64,000 nucleotides of DNA from Vicugna vicugna (lineage: Eukaryota). The stretch's first letter is position 1. The number at the start of each line of letters is the position of its first letter. Below, in pieces: positions 40,823 through 54,860 of the stretch. The notes beneath the pieces were generated by a model that was given only the letters and a program-made list of their open reading frames with translations, was not told where the DNA came from and did not search any database. The stretch spans positions 4,402,001 through 4,466,000 of the forward strand of contig MU058213.1 in NCBI GenBank assembly GCA_013265495.1, given 5' to 3'. A program made the position numbers and the translations under genes.

Positions 40823-43049
40823 GACAGAGTATCAGAGATTTGTTAGAAAAGAAGGACTTTGTTAAAGAATCCATGAGTGATTTTAAGTGATATGATGTAA
40901 AACATGTTCAGTATTGTTTTGTAACCACTCCTGTGAATTCTAACTAGAAGACAGAAGCATTAGAGTGAAGATTTTTAATTGCGTGCAGTTTCTAAGTTAC
41001 ATGAGAAAGCACTTTTCCCCTTTACTTCATGGCTTATTTTTCTCCTTTAGAAAATATATGGAAATACATAGAACTTTTTAGAACTATGTATTAACATGAA
41101 TATGATCTTTTAATAAAGCTTTTGTAGCCAAGTGTAAAATCAGTATGTTTAGAAATAAACTAAACTAATAATAAGGTTTCCTCAAAATTTTATGTATGGT
41201 ACACTATTTCATAGTATAATTTTTAAGATGGATATTTTTTCTAATTGAATTTACTTTTCACTACCTTAAATTCTTGTTCTGAATGGATCATCAGTTCCTG
41301 AACTGGTAGGATCTTCACCTTGTTAAGTTTTGCCATTTAATGGAAGCAGGCAAAATCTAAACATTAGAAACCATCAACATGATACTATGTTTCTTGTCTG
41401 AACTTGGTGTCTGTAATTTGGGGGAGAATTAGATAATACTTGGGGCTAAGTTTTTTAAAATTAAATATTATTTTCCTGTGCTCTTAAAAACATCAGCCCT
41501 TCTAGTACTGCTTATTTATAACCTTACAGACTAAAGTAGCAGCATTATTATTTATTTGCATTTTTCCCCTTGAATTTTATATAGAAAATAGTTACAATAT
41601 AGATGGGGTAATAGGTTTTTTTTTAAGTAATTTGTTTTACTTCCTTTTGTACGTGTTGCAGAAGGGTGTTTCACTTTTTATGTATCATGTGTAAATGGAT
41701 TTGTGATTTTGATGTAGTCATTGCTTGAGAAATTACCTTTAAAAAATCTGCAAGAAGAATGGTAGTTGAATCACAAAGACATACTCTGCCTGTAAGTTTT
41801 AATTTAAACATAAAGATAATTTAGAATTGAACAGTCTAAAAAATGGAGACCTACAATATGGAAAACATTTGCAGAATTAAGTCTCTTAGAAGTACCAAAA
41901 AAAGATTTACTCATCTTTATTGAACTTAATGTTGAGGAATCACAAGAACTTTAGAAGTGAGAGTTGTTTTATATAACATTGATTAATGGTGCAGAGCAGT
42001 AGGAAGCTTCCTGGGGGCAGTTCGTAAGTCAGAGTTTGGGTTTATTTGTTTTATAATCTTGGTTACTCTTAGCTTTAGTTTTTTAAAGAGACCAGTCTTT
42101 GCTACATTTGCCTCATGGTGTTAGTTTTAGAATGCTGTATAAATTGATATGAGGTAGACCGCATTCTTATTAACCCCCTCACTTCCAGATCTTTAGCAAG
42201 ATACTCAACTTCACTAGTGTTTCTTCATCTGTACAGTGGGTAAGATGAGTTAGAAGAATATGGTGTCTTAGGGCTCTAAAGTCCTACCCTATGAAACATC
42301 TCAGTTCAGTCATACAGTTTTTGCTTTCCCTGTTTCAGTATACTCTTCTGTGAGGCCTGGAGATGTTTTGATTTCTCACTATAGAGAATGAACTTGAAAC
42401 AGATAAAATACAGAAAACTTTCTGCTTGTGAACTTTCAAAGCCATAGGCTAGAGCAAGAGAGCATTAACTGTGATTGCTTCTAATAGATGACATTAGCAG
42501 TTACTTGGATAAATTTGTGAATGTGGATGACTCAACTTAGAACTGAACCTGTGTGAATGTTTTAGGTGACCCTTTGGGATTTCATGTTCAAAACTATTTT
42601 CACGCTCTTGTGTTAAGCAGTATTTCATGGATCCATCATATCTTCCAAGGATCCTTCCCACCTCTAAAAGATTTTGATTCTTCCTCTCCTCCTGCCCATA
42701 ATTCAAGACTTGCTCTTCAGTCTGGGGTTATAGTAATTCTGCAAAACTGTTTCTTAGCATTCATAAGTAAAGAGTTACCTGAAGAGGTTATTTATCCTCT
42801 CAGAAAAACTTAAGCACTTACATGTATAGAAAGTTCTGTGCTGGTCTCTTTTGGACTGATTAAGAGAAATAAAACATCTTTGCCCTTTAAGAATTTGTGG
42901 ATCTAGACGACAAAATACATTTCTCTATCAAGAAAATTTATTATATATTAGCACCTGACCTATTTAAGGATAACAGAAACTATAACATATTGAATATCAA
43001 GTAGCTTTTTCAGACATAGACCTAATTCATTAATAGGGAGCATTGTTCA

Positions 43050-44060
43050 ATTTTCATTCATTCATTAAATTAGCAAATTTTGTTAGTCACATACAGTGTG
43101 CCCATTAATGTGCTTGTCACTAGTGCTAGGGTAACGAGTGAAATACGACACAGTCCCGGCTTTCAGGTAACAACCCATTGTGATCAGATCAACTCACTTG
43201 TCTTTTTCATAGGTATATTTAACTGAGACAGATACTTCCAAGGATTTGTTTAAAAAGTATAATCTGGACATTTATTTTGCTAATTTATCCTAAGGGTAAA
43301 TAAAGAAATACAATAAGGACACTTTTTTCTTTTTAAACTTTGTTATTTCTGCTTACTTTAATTTCCATTTTACTTCTCTTTGAGGTATGACTGCTCATTT
43401 ATACCAGTCCTCATTCAGAGCTTTCTGATATCTTTTGGCTTTTGGCTGATTCTATTAGCTTTGACCACTTAGAAGCTATAGGATTTCAGTACTTGGTGTG
43501 AAATCTTGTGGCTCTTTGAATACCAGAAATCTGTGATTACTTTTGTAGTCCAGTTAGATAAGCTAGTGCCTTACCAACTTTCTTTCTGCTAGTTAGTTAT
43601 TGGGTGTTCTATGATTGAACCTTTATAATATCTGATCCCCTATAGCATTTTCAAGATTAGTAGCTGAAACCTCCCATCCATTTGTCATTTACTGAGCACC
43701 TGCTATGTTTGTGCCAGCCATCGTTCTGAGGGTGTAATTGTGAAAAAAAGAGATATGGTGTGCACCTCTCAGAATTTGTAAGGTGTAACACACTCTGAGG
43801 TGATAATAATAACAACTAGCGTTTATTGTGCACTTACTATGTGCCAGGTACTTTTCCAGTGCTACGTATAATTCATTTAACCTTTACAACAAGCTGTGAG
43901 GTGAATATAGTGTTATTATTACTATCTGTATTGTACAGGTATGAAAACTGAAGCAAGAAATACTACTTTGCCCCAAGTCACACAGCTAGTGTATGACAAA
44001 GATGGAATTCAGGTCTGCCAGTCTGGCTCCAGAAATTCTGCATTTATCCACTACACTGTA
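43050..44060 (-). mobile_element. Cluster of L2 3'-end fragments (~43050-43180, ~43670-43780) and a MIR (~43800-44060)
   Basis: cattcattcatt...; catttactgagcacctgctatg; aataacaactagcgtttattgtgcacttactatgtgccagg...ttgccccaagtcacacagctagt. Confidence 0.75.
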
Positions 44061-45809
44061 CTGTACATTTATAACAGATAATTCTGGTATAATTTAAATG
44101 GATAATTAAGTAGATAATTCCAGTAAGTGTGAGCAGTGATATGATGCTGCTAGGGAAGCTCAAAATGAGTTTACTCAATTTGGTTAGGGTCGGGGAAAGC
44201 TTTTCTGAGAAAGTGAATCTATTGAAAGACTCTTTTTCCCCATCGCTTTTTAACTATTGAAAAGAATTGGAAAGAATATTTTAAAATAGGATCAAACAGT
44301 TGCTTTCAAACAAAGAAACAGCAATATAGGTTAGGAAAAACATGTCTGTTCTCACCTACGGAGGGTTCTCTGGTGATTATACCGTATTTATTGGTTGGGC
44401 AAAATTAATTTTTAAAAAGAGCCATTTAAAAAAATTAACCAATGAAAAAATTCTTGTATTTTTGAGGAGACAAACAAGAGGAGAGCACTCTTATGTAAAT
44501 AATAGTAGGTGCTTTTGTTTTGTTTTGGTTTTGATAGAACAAAAGATTTGATTGATTATGTGCAGTTTAAATTAGCTTAAAAATATTTGGTAGCAGCTTT
44601 GATTGATTACTTAAGAGTCGTATACTGTAGCAGGGATTAAGGTCTCTAAACTCTACTATGAAATGACCATAGAGAACAGTACAAAATACATTGTATAGAG
44701 CAGGCTTCATAATATCAAAGCTTTTATGAAGTGTTACGTATTCATAGATGGGACTATTTAAGATTTGCAAATTAAATTATTTAGATTCTAAGTATAGAAT
44801 TGAACAGCTTTTATCATCTCTATGTATCCACCGATTTTTTCAGTGATTAATCTTTTGAGTGCTTTCCACTTTTATCATAAGGCAGGAACAGTAATTTTTA
44901 GAGTGTATTTGGAAATCTCTTTGTGGTCAGTAGCATACTTTGGCTAAAAAGCTGCTAAGCTACTATGATAGATGAATCTGACAGCATTGCTCTGTCCTTC
45001 ATAGTGTAGTGTTTATCATCTCTCATGGAGGAAAATCTTACTTTTATTAGTGGTTATTTTTGTGGTGAAACCATTTTACAGAATTAAGAATCTTAATTAG
45101 GAGCTCCAGGGTGTCAGGTTTGACCCCTTTTATTAGCACAGTCATGCTCTATCAATTTAAAATATGCACTATGATAGTTCTTTATTTAATGATCTCATTG
45201 GTTTACTTTCTTTATATTCCAAAATTGAAATAGCATTCGTTTTTCAGTACCAGTGACTGATCTGCTTGGGCTCCATTTTAATAGTTGGTTGTTTGGGTTT
45301 TGTTTCTTTCTTGTTTCCCCAACGCCTCTCTCAAAGGCAGTTACCTTCTGCTCCAGCCCTTTGATACTCTGGCTAGTCACTGCATTATTCTGCTTCCTTC
45401 CCTGCTATTCTGCCAGCTCCGTACTGCATTATGTTGTGGCTTTCTTTCCGTTTGCCTTTTCTACTTACAGGCATCCGTATTCATTGCTCAACTATATGTG
45501 GTACTTAAAGGATCTGCTATTTAAACTCTGGGTCATCTAACTCATTTCTTTCATTAAAACTCTATTTGACATCTATCTTCTTAAAACTACATACCTGCAT
45601 ACAGAAAAATATTTTGTTGTTCTAATTGCTTTATGTTTTTTGTTAACTGCGGTGTTTCTCTCTAATTTTTACTTACCTGGAAACTTCTACTTCTGATGTC
45701 TTAATGTAGTTCTGGCTGGGATGGAAGGAGGGGGAGAAACCTGTCTATCACTTTTGTAGACTTGAGTTTTTTCTTTCTATATATAAAAAGGATCTTTGCT
45801 TCCAGATTG

Positions 45810-45985
45810 TCTAAGTTCTCGTTATTAGAAGTATGGTGTGTGGACTAGTGGCAGCATCGTCCCCTGGTTGTTTGAAATGCGGACTCTCAGGCCCTACTCA
45901 AGACCTTATGCTTCTTAATCTGTCTTTTACCAAGGTCTCTAGCCAACTGATATGAACACTGAACTTTGCAAAGCAGTATTCTAGG
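45810..45985. mobile_element. MER5A/B-like DNA transposon
   Basis: agtatggtgtggactagtggcagcatcgtcccctgg...gaaatgcggactctcaggccctactcaagacc. Confidence 0.65.
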
Positions 45986-48591
45986 TGTTATCCAGCTAGC
46001 TGACACAATTAACATTGCTGACTGACAAATAACTGTATTTTTCTAGAACTGATCTTATTTAAATGTTTGTAAATTATTTTGTAACTATTCATCTTGGTTC
46101 ACCAGAAGTTTTATATATATATATAAAACCTCAAACAGTAGCCAGTCCCAGTTTTTACGTGAGGTTTTTGTGTACATTAGATCTAAAACTATGAGAAGCA
46201 TTTGAAATCTGGTTTCATTGTTCATTCTCCAGCATCAGTTTGCATGGATGAAGAAGTTCCCTTTCTTATCTTTTAGACTGTGGCTTTTCAAAAAAATTGT
46301 ATGTGCTAAGATGAACCTTTGAGGTACAGGTAAAATATTCAAATTTCTATTTAATTTTTATCTTACATGAGCAAAATTACAGTTTGCTGAAGTTTGACTA
46401 CTGGTTAGTAGTGTATGCATATAATTTATGAGCAAGTAGATACTTAGGGTCCATATTCAAATCTTGCTCGTATGTGATGACACAGGCTTATAGATTCCTC
46501 TCTCGTACAGTATGACAATCCCAGATTTAATGAGTGAACTGGGAAATATACTGTGCTTTACAATATGTGGGTGCACATGGAAAAGGGACAGTACTTACTA
46601 TTGTTTGTACATGGTGATAGGAAAATAATGTGTCCTCTGAGCACATATTAATGGGAGCTTAGAGATAGGTCTTCTCTGTGCTAAATTCTAATATATGTGA
46701 TCTATGAAGTTAATATATTATGTGTGTATAATCATTTGATGATACTCTAAAACTTAACTTTATTTATATACTTGTGCTTTAGGAAATAGTTTTAAAAGGC
46801 CTCAGTGTTTTTATTTTTATAGTCAAGAAGGGGGAAAGTTCTTTTTATTGTACTTCAAGGATGAAGAGAACTGAGAATATGCAAAATGAACCTTGTCTTA
46901 TCCTTTAACATTCAAATGAAGTTGAACAACGTGGCTGACCTACAAATGCGCTTCTGTTGGTATCTTTGTAGAGTAATATCATTGTTTAATAATGACAAAC
47001 AATAATAGTTCAGTGAGGTTTTTGTTGATTTCAGTGCCTTGTTTTGACTCTATGCCTACGAATGGCTGTGGAAGGGAGTGGCAGAGAGAAACACCCAGAT
47101 GAATGAGAGAGCAGTATGTCACTTAGCACTTCAAGAGTGTTAAGTTTTAAGCAACAAAAGTAAGCTCCAAGGAATGACCTTAGCTAGGAGCCATTCTCCT
47201 TTGTATATAGCTTCTGCTACATGTGGCTATGACATACAGGACCATGGTTGTATTTGCCAGAGGCCACCCTTGTGGTCATAACCAAGTTGTAAATGTCACC
47301 AGGATTCTTCTTAAATGTCTGTCACATGTGTATCGGTGATTCTAAAGTAGATAAAAATAAAACAAAGATTCATTTGGGAGTGAGCACTCCCAGAAGATTA
47401 GTTTTAAAACAGAACAGCAGAAGGAGTTGTGACATACATCCATAAGCAATTGTAATGATTTGACAGTTATTTAGCCCCCAGTTCCTAGCCCTTTGGTTGA
47501 ACTGACAGCATGCCTGCAAAGATAGTGCGGCCCGTTTCAGCCCCATTAATGTCTTCTTGAATGTTAGTCTGCAGTCTAGCTAATGATAAATGTTCAGTGA
47601 TTGATGATTTTATAGTCCCAGGGGATTCTGGGTGGTTTCTATGAGCCTGAGCAGTTTTCTCTCTTGTTTGGGCCTCTTGTAAGATTTTTTCATCTGTACT
47701 AAAATCATTCTAAGTTGGCAATCATGTAGGGACCACTTGCAGTTTTAATTAACTAGGGTTCAAAGCCTTGTTTAGAAATTATACGATTTTGTGAGGTGAT
47801 GTTATACATGGTATGTGTAACAGAACACTTTTTAATCCACAGAAGCTTTTGTATAACACTTATTTATAAACTTTGGTATCATTTTTTTTCCTCCTTTGCT
47901 TTTAAAAAACATCTTTAGGTTATAAGGGAAAATTTAATAACACCTATTGTGAAATAATAACATATTTATTGTTTTCATGGTGTCTGCAGTTTCACATTTC
48001 AGATTCTTATGAATTCAAAGTAACTTTAATAAAGTGTTTTCCTTTTACATGGCTCAGTTTCTGTAGGAGTATATTTTGTTATACTAGGATTAAAAGGAAT
48101 ATAAGCAGATCTTCTTTTGCTAAATTTTTGTTTGCCATTTAGGAAAGGATTTATTTCAGTATATTGATTTTGAATTATTTTTAATATTTTAAGTAAAACT
48201 TGTAATCGCCCAACCCTTTATTAGTGGAGTATGGAGGCAGAGAAAGGAGGATAGAGATAAACATTTTCCTAGTTTATTATAACTCAGAAATATATTTTCT
48301 TAGTATATCCTTTTTTAAAAAAATATCATCTATAGAACTCACCTTTTGGGTATAAAGAGATCATAGGGCTAGTTTTCTTTAAAATCATTGAATTAAGAAA
48401 CTTTTTGACTTTAAATCTTAAAAGGAATAAAATCAGCACTTCTATTTAGTTTTTTTAGTAATGAAACTGAAACTTGGTTAGGAATGACCATTTGTAAGTC
48501 TGTGTATTAATTAGATGAGTGTCATTATGCTCAATTAGCAGGACTGCCAAATAATCTCTCTAATACTCTGGTCTTTTTTTTTTTTCTCTAG

Positions 48592-48717
<126 letters not shown>

Positions 48718-51700
48718 TAGTCTTCACAAAGCCTCTTTGGTCAGAGACATTTTTTATCCCCTTGTCCAGGAAGGACACATAAGTATGTAGAAGAAAGTTC
48801 CTGAGTTTCTGGGGCATCTGGGCTTTCTTTGTTCAGCTCAGTTTGAGGAGCATTCACTGAGAAATGTGGGTCCTTATCTTAGGGCGTTATTGTTACTGGT
48901 ATTGAATAAGGAAGCAGCATCGTTTTAACTGTCAATTTTGGCAGAGTCTTTGTTTTTTGGGTTTTTTTTTTTTTGCCATGTCTTTGTGACATCAAACATC
49001 ATATGTTTAATTTTTTTCTGGACGAAGAAGCATTTCAAAGACATTTGTAATTTACTAATTGTCTTAACAGTTGTATATATGTGGTAATTAGAAATATGAT
49101 AGAGCAGTGATTTTAGATTTAGATTTTACTCATATTTTGCAGCAATGTTGGGCAGTTTTTCTTTTGACACTATTTGATCAAAACTTAATAGTATATTTAG
49201 ATGTTGCAGAATTTGTTTTAAGCACTTGGGTTCATATTGGGGATTTTAAAATTTTTCTTCTGCAGTAGTAAGGTTGTACTTTGAAGGATATTACCCACCA
49301 CCTAAACCTGATAATTATATTTTGGCAAAAACTTTAAGGTTAGCCATTTTCTGCATCTCCCCCTACTGCCTGCAAAACAACCCTCCCTCCAACCCTCTCT
49401 CCCTCTCCTCTCTCTTTCTTATGTCAACGTTTATAGCCATTCAGTCTGAAATGATAAGCTCAAAAAAATTTTTCCACCCAGTATGGATGCCACTCTTTTA
49501 TTTAAGCATTAGTTTTACCTTTTTGCAGAATCTGATTCCAAAAAAACTCTGTTTTATGACATTATTCTTATTTCTTGCTTATGCTGGGGCTGAGCACATT
49601 ACAAAAGCTTTGTTTAATCTTCCTTACTGGTTGTCCGTGGCATCATGTTAATATGGAAGGTTTGTGTAATTGACATTGATTTCATTACTTATTCTATTTC
49701 TTAAGGACGTGACCTATATTGTGATCTCAGAATTGTTCTTTTAAGACACAGCCATGCTAATCTAAGTGGATTACCCAAATCCAAAATCCTGGTGGTCTGC
49801 AATTTCTTTATAAATGGTTTTGCTTTGCACAATCTTTTGTTTATTTTCCTTATCTTCCGTAAAATATTGAGGAGACAGATTCTGATATTCTGGTGTGGAT
49901 TTTGCTTAAGGCAGTTACCACTTGAAAGCAAGAATCATTGAGTATGACACAAAAGTAAAAAATGTAATCAGTGATAAAATTTATGTTCAAAATGACACTA
50001 CATTTCAACATTAATCCAAATGAAAATCCTGATATTAAACATACTATCATTTCCAGATAAAAATCGGAATTAAATTTAGAACAAAATAATTATTTTTGCA
50101 TTTGGCCAGGGAAAATTTTCTCATTTATCTCTTTAATTTTCTATTGAGCTTACCATCAAGTTAAAGTAGATGTGACACTCCAAATAATTTCCTCTTATAG
50201 TATAACTTCTCCCCAAGTAGCATTTAATTTACAGTAAATGTGGTAGAGCATACTATAGTCAATGTTTTTGTAATTTCAGATTGAACTAAGCTTTCTTAAT
50301 TGAGGCTATAACTCTGAATTGTGAAAAATCAGAAATTGCTCTTTTTATATTTATGTTCTTACCTTTTATTCTTAGCTTGCAGAGATGACTCTTAAGTTCA
50401 GTACAGTTGCATCATTAGTGCAGCTTTCAGCTAAGGTGACTTAAAATTGTGGGCTAAGTGTGGGAAATAAATGAATTCTAAGAAGTATGCATATCAGTCA
50501 CTTGCTCTGAGCAGCTGTTGACTAAAAATATTTCTGTAATTTAGTTTGAAGTAACATTTTCTTAGTTGGAGTAATTATGAGCTTTATGCTTGTTATGTTT
50601 TTTCAGTTTACAAGATAATTATTAGAATACTTTCATTTGTCATCCATACTTTGTGTATAAAATCAGTATCTAAAATAAGTCTTGAAATAAAAAAAACTCA
50701 TAAACAGATTGATCCCTTTGCAATACAAATGAAAAAAATTTGCATTCATCTGAACAGCATTGTACACTTAATCAGGTGCAGCTGTACATTATCATTGTAA
50801 GTTTTAACTGCCTAATCTTAAAAATGTTAATTTACTTATTAGAAAGGGAGAAATGACCCTGAAAAGATTAGGCAGATATGTTGAAAAGGATTTCACTGGT
50901 CATTGGCAATATCTGATTTACTACACTTCCTTCCCTTTATTGTTGGTAAAAATGATCAAATGAGGTATCTAACAATTGGATCTAAGCAATCTGCATTACA
51001 ATAGCTTGCTTTTAGAAATGAATGTCTCTTAATTGTAGAGCAGCTCTGTACAGCAACAGGCAATCCCACTTGATGTGAGTTGAAGTAATTGAACTGTTAG
51101 ATACCCAAAAATGTGGATTTATAGCACTGAGTGGAGTTATAGTGGATAATTCACTTTTTTAGCCATTTGATAATTTAGGGGAGTTTCAGGCTAAAAACAT
51201 ACATTGTTAAAGCACAACTGAGATGTGCATGGCAGTGTTAGAAGCATTTGGGACTGTTGATACCTAATATCATAATAGGTGAACACTTCAGAATGATACT
51301 GTGAATGATGAGTGCACAGAAACAGTTAAAGCTAACTGGAAAGCAGTAGCGTATTTCATCACTGCTATCAGCATATAAAAACATCATTTAAGGAGGGGTG
51401 AAATTGTGTATCTAGGGAATGTTGTTATTTTTCGTATTATGTTCAGCCATGAGCACATTTGCCTGAAGAAATAGTGGATTGTATAGTGCCACTGTCTTTC
51501 ATGATGGAGCTCTCAAGCACTTTAATGATTTTGCACATTGCAAAAATGAGAGATTTTGTCTAACAAGGGTTGATAATGATTCAATAATGAACAATTTGCC
51601 ACATAAACATTTATTTCTATATTCATTTAGATATTTTGAAGTGTTTCACACAGGAAATAAAGCTATTATGTTGGATCAGTTAGTGTTTCTTTTTAATGAA

Positions 51701-52289
51701 TTCCAGAATTACCCCGTTGATTTGTCAGTATGGAAAAGGGGGCTTTTCTTATGTTTCGAGTGAAATAAGTACATCTTTTTGGCATGTCACTAAGTAATTA
51801 GCATCAAACAGTTCTGTTCTCGATAATAGTAAAACTTCAAAGCTTTGACAGTAGTGAATTGCAGTAGTATCATCAAATAGTCTATATACTTCTAGCCTTG
51901 TCCAGCTTTCATCCATTTCTCCACCCTTAGTCCCTACATTAATTTCAGTAATATTTGCTTTTATTTATATTTTGTTGATGAGATGTGTTTTTGGTGCTAG
52001 TAGGACTAATTTATTAATTGGACATAAAAGCAAATCATTTCCTAGAATTGCCTACCTTACCTTCGATTCCTAAATTATTGTGGAATAAACTACTCTTACC
52101 TTTCTACCCTTCCATGTCTGTCAAAGTTTTACTTACTGTAGGTTGTGTGTGCATGTGTTGTCAATGGGAAACTTAAGCTGAGATATTACCTTCAATTTTC
52201 CTTATTTCTGAGATCTTCAGCTGTGTTCCTGAGACCTATTTTGCATTTACAGATGTTTTGTTAATATTTTATGTTAAAAAGTGAAAGCA

Positions 52290-52640
52290 ACGTGTGCTGG
52301 CATAGGAAAAAATACAGGGCTGAGAGTTAAGAGATCTGTATTTTAATGCAGATTCTGGAAATAATCTTTACCTTTCAGAGAGGATACTGCTGGGTAGTCT
52401 CAGGTCTTCTATGGCTCTAGAATTTTATAATTGTATAATCTCATGTATCTAATATCTTGTATTCAACCCTGGAAAAGGCTGCAACTAGAATTATAATTGC
52501 TATTTTGCAAATGATAAAACTAAGGTGCAAGAAAATTGTGTTTTTTCATGAGGTCGCAGAGTCAGTCAGTGGCAAAACTGAATGTAGAAACTACGTCTTC
52601 TGACTTCCAGTCATGTGTTCTTTACATTAGGCGCTTTAGG
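52290..52640. mobile_element. MIR fragments
   Basis: tattttgcaaatgataaaactaaggtgcaaga...aggtcgcagagtcagtcagtggcaaaactg. Confidence 0.6.
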
Positions 52641-54292
52641 CATATAAGGTACTTATTCTTTCTATTTAATGCCTTCAGGTTTTTGCTAGCTCATCATTTT
52701 CCTAAACTATAAGTATGGAGACGCTGGTCTTGAGAGATGAAAAAAAAGTTCTGTGAGAAAAAGTTCCCCAGTGACATAACTTTGGAAAGCATTGTATATC
52801 ACGTGCCTCCTCCTAAAGATTCAAATTGTACTTGGGATATTAAAGACTCTGGAAGAAAAGAGAGGGAAGCTTATTTAATTTTATTCAGCCCATCACATCC
52901 CAGATACAGAAGCGGTTTTGTAAAAAGGTATCATTAGCCTCTGGGGAACTGCTATTCCATGGAGCACATACTGAGGTATACTTGTAGGTAATGTTAAGAA
53001 TAAAAAGATAATACATGAAAGTTCTTTGAAATATAAAATAGCACAAGGTAAATAATATTGCTGTATGTATTTTTATAACTCGTTTTAGGTATCTTAGCTA
53101 ATTTAACAGATTGGACCCATTTGTTGGAGTAAATTTTTGTTAAACCTGTTTTATAATTATTTGACTTAAAAACAAACCACCTATCCTTCCATTGCTGTTG
53201 GAGTGTATTTGCTCAGCCCTACCCTTCCCTACCTAAGAGTTTAAAGGGCCGCTCTGTTAGCAGCTACTACATTTTATTTTCACTTCGTTGCGAATTAAAT
53301 AGGTTTCTGTGAGCTTATCTGGGATTTTAGACCTGGGTACACTTTTCCTGTGTATTCAGTATTTCAGACAATCAGATGTCAAAGAAAACTCTTTTGTATG
53401 CTTGATTCTGCCTGCACTATAATTTATGATTAATCCAGAAGTCTCCTGGAGTTTAAAAAAGTATGTAGCATCACCATTTTCAGAATATCAAAGCATAATA
53501 GAACTCTTCCCTCAGATCTCTAACTTTTATGTATAGAAATTCCTTCGATGGATAAGGTAATTAAAAGAATTATAATTGTCCTGAGGGGAAACAGTATGGC
53601 TTAGTATCTGGTTTGACAGTATTTTATAAGGATAAGGGCTTTATACTTTCTGTAGTGTTTTATTAACCCCAAGTCTCAGGAAAGGATATCAGTTATTACT
53701 CACTGATCTGCATTCTCTAATACTTGGATGCTTACAAACACAGAATGTAGAGACTGGGGAAAATTTGAGTGAATGAACCTAGTTACCATTGAAGAAACCA
53801 AAACCAAGAAAAATGTAATGAGTAGCTAATTGGGAAACATGAACCCAACCCTCTTGATTCTAACTTGGCTCATAGCCCCCATCTACTACGCCACTTTTTT
53901 TCTTTTTTCCTCTCATGTTCAGCCATTTGTCCATTTGCTCCTTTTTCTACATTACATCTTTTATATCTTTTTCTTCCTCTTGCTACTGCCTAAACTCTCA
54001 TTAACCAGTCTGAATTATTGACTGCCTTTTTCTTTCTCCTTCATGTACCCATCCATCCCTTTATTCTGCCCTAACTGTATGAAAACACTCTGTGGCAGAA
54101 TACAAAAGTGAGTGAGATTTGGTCTATTTTTATAGGTTTGATTAGTGTGATAGGGGAAGTAATTTCTATAATTATTACACTGATATAATGTGAGTAATAC
54201 AAAGAAATTCTTACAGAATTTCAGAAAAGATAAAGATAAGGCACAGCCAGAAATGATCAGGAAAAGTTTATTGTGGAATGGCATTTCATCAA

Positions 54293-54860
54293 CTGTTATT
54301 AGTCAGGATTCTTTCTCTTGTAAGTGACAGAAATTAACTTAAACTATATACAAGAAAAAGTGGAATTTTGCCTTACATAACTCAAATGGCTGAGAGTAGA
54401 TTGGCTTTAGTCATGGTGGATCCAAGGGTTCAATTACTGTCATCTGATCCCCCTCTTTCTCCTTTAAAGTGTTTGTTGAGAGAATGATATAAAACTGGAG
54501 AGGCAAATTGGACAGAGAGGAGATTTGAGAAGTGAGAAAGGGTAGGGGTGCAGTGTTCCTGTCTCCTGTTATCTGCTTCTAAGTCCTTCAATCCAGTCTT
54601 TCCAATTTGTTTTACATTGTCCTTTCTGGCTCCCATATTACAGGTTACCTTATTCCTTAGTGGTTTCGAATGTTTTCTTTCAATGCATATATGCATTTCA
54701 CTTGTGATGCTCCATTCCTGGCAGCAAGATTTCCTTCCAAGCCCCTCACTGCCTCCTTAGACTGAAAAGCAGCTTCTTTTCATAGTTAAAATGACTTGAT
54801 AGCCATTCTTTTCGAAGCCATTCCTGTAAGCCAGAGATGAGCTAAAAGTTTCTTTTCTAC
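54293..54860. mobile_element. Old MLT1 (K/L/M-like) LTR fragments
   Basis: tgttattagtcaggattctttctcttgtaagtgacagaaattaacttaaact matches old MLT1 termini; remainder degraded. Confidence 0.5.

Noticed and set aside
46108..46129. Palindrome gttttatatatatatataaaac
   Set aside because: Mostly a self-complementary (TA)n microsatellite.
47375..47392. Perfect inverted repeat tgggagtg-ag-cactccca
   Set aside because: 8-bp arms are expected about once by chance in 64 kb; no other support.
49274..49651. Longest ORF in the track (125 aa)
   Set aside because: Non-ATG start, low-complexity L/F/S-rich composition typical of T-rich intron, no recognisable domain.
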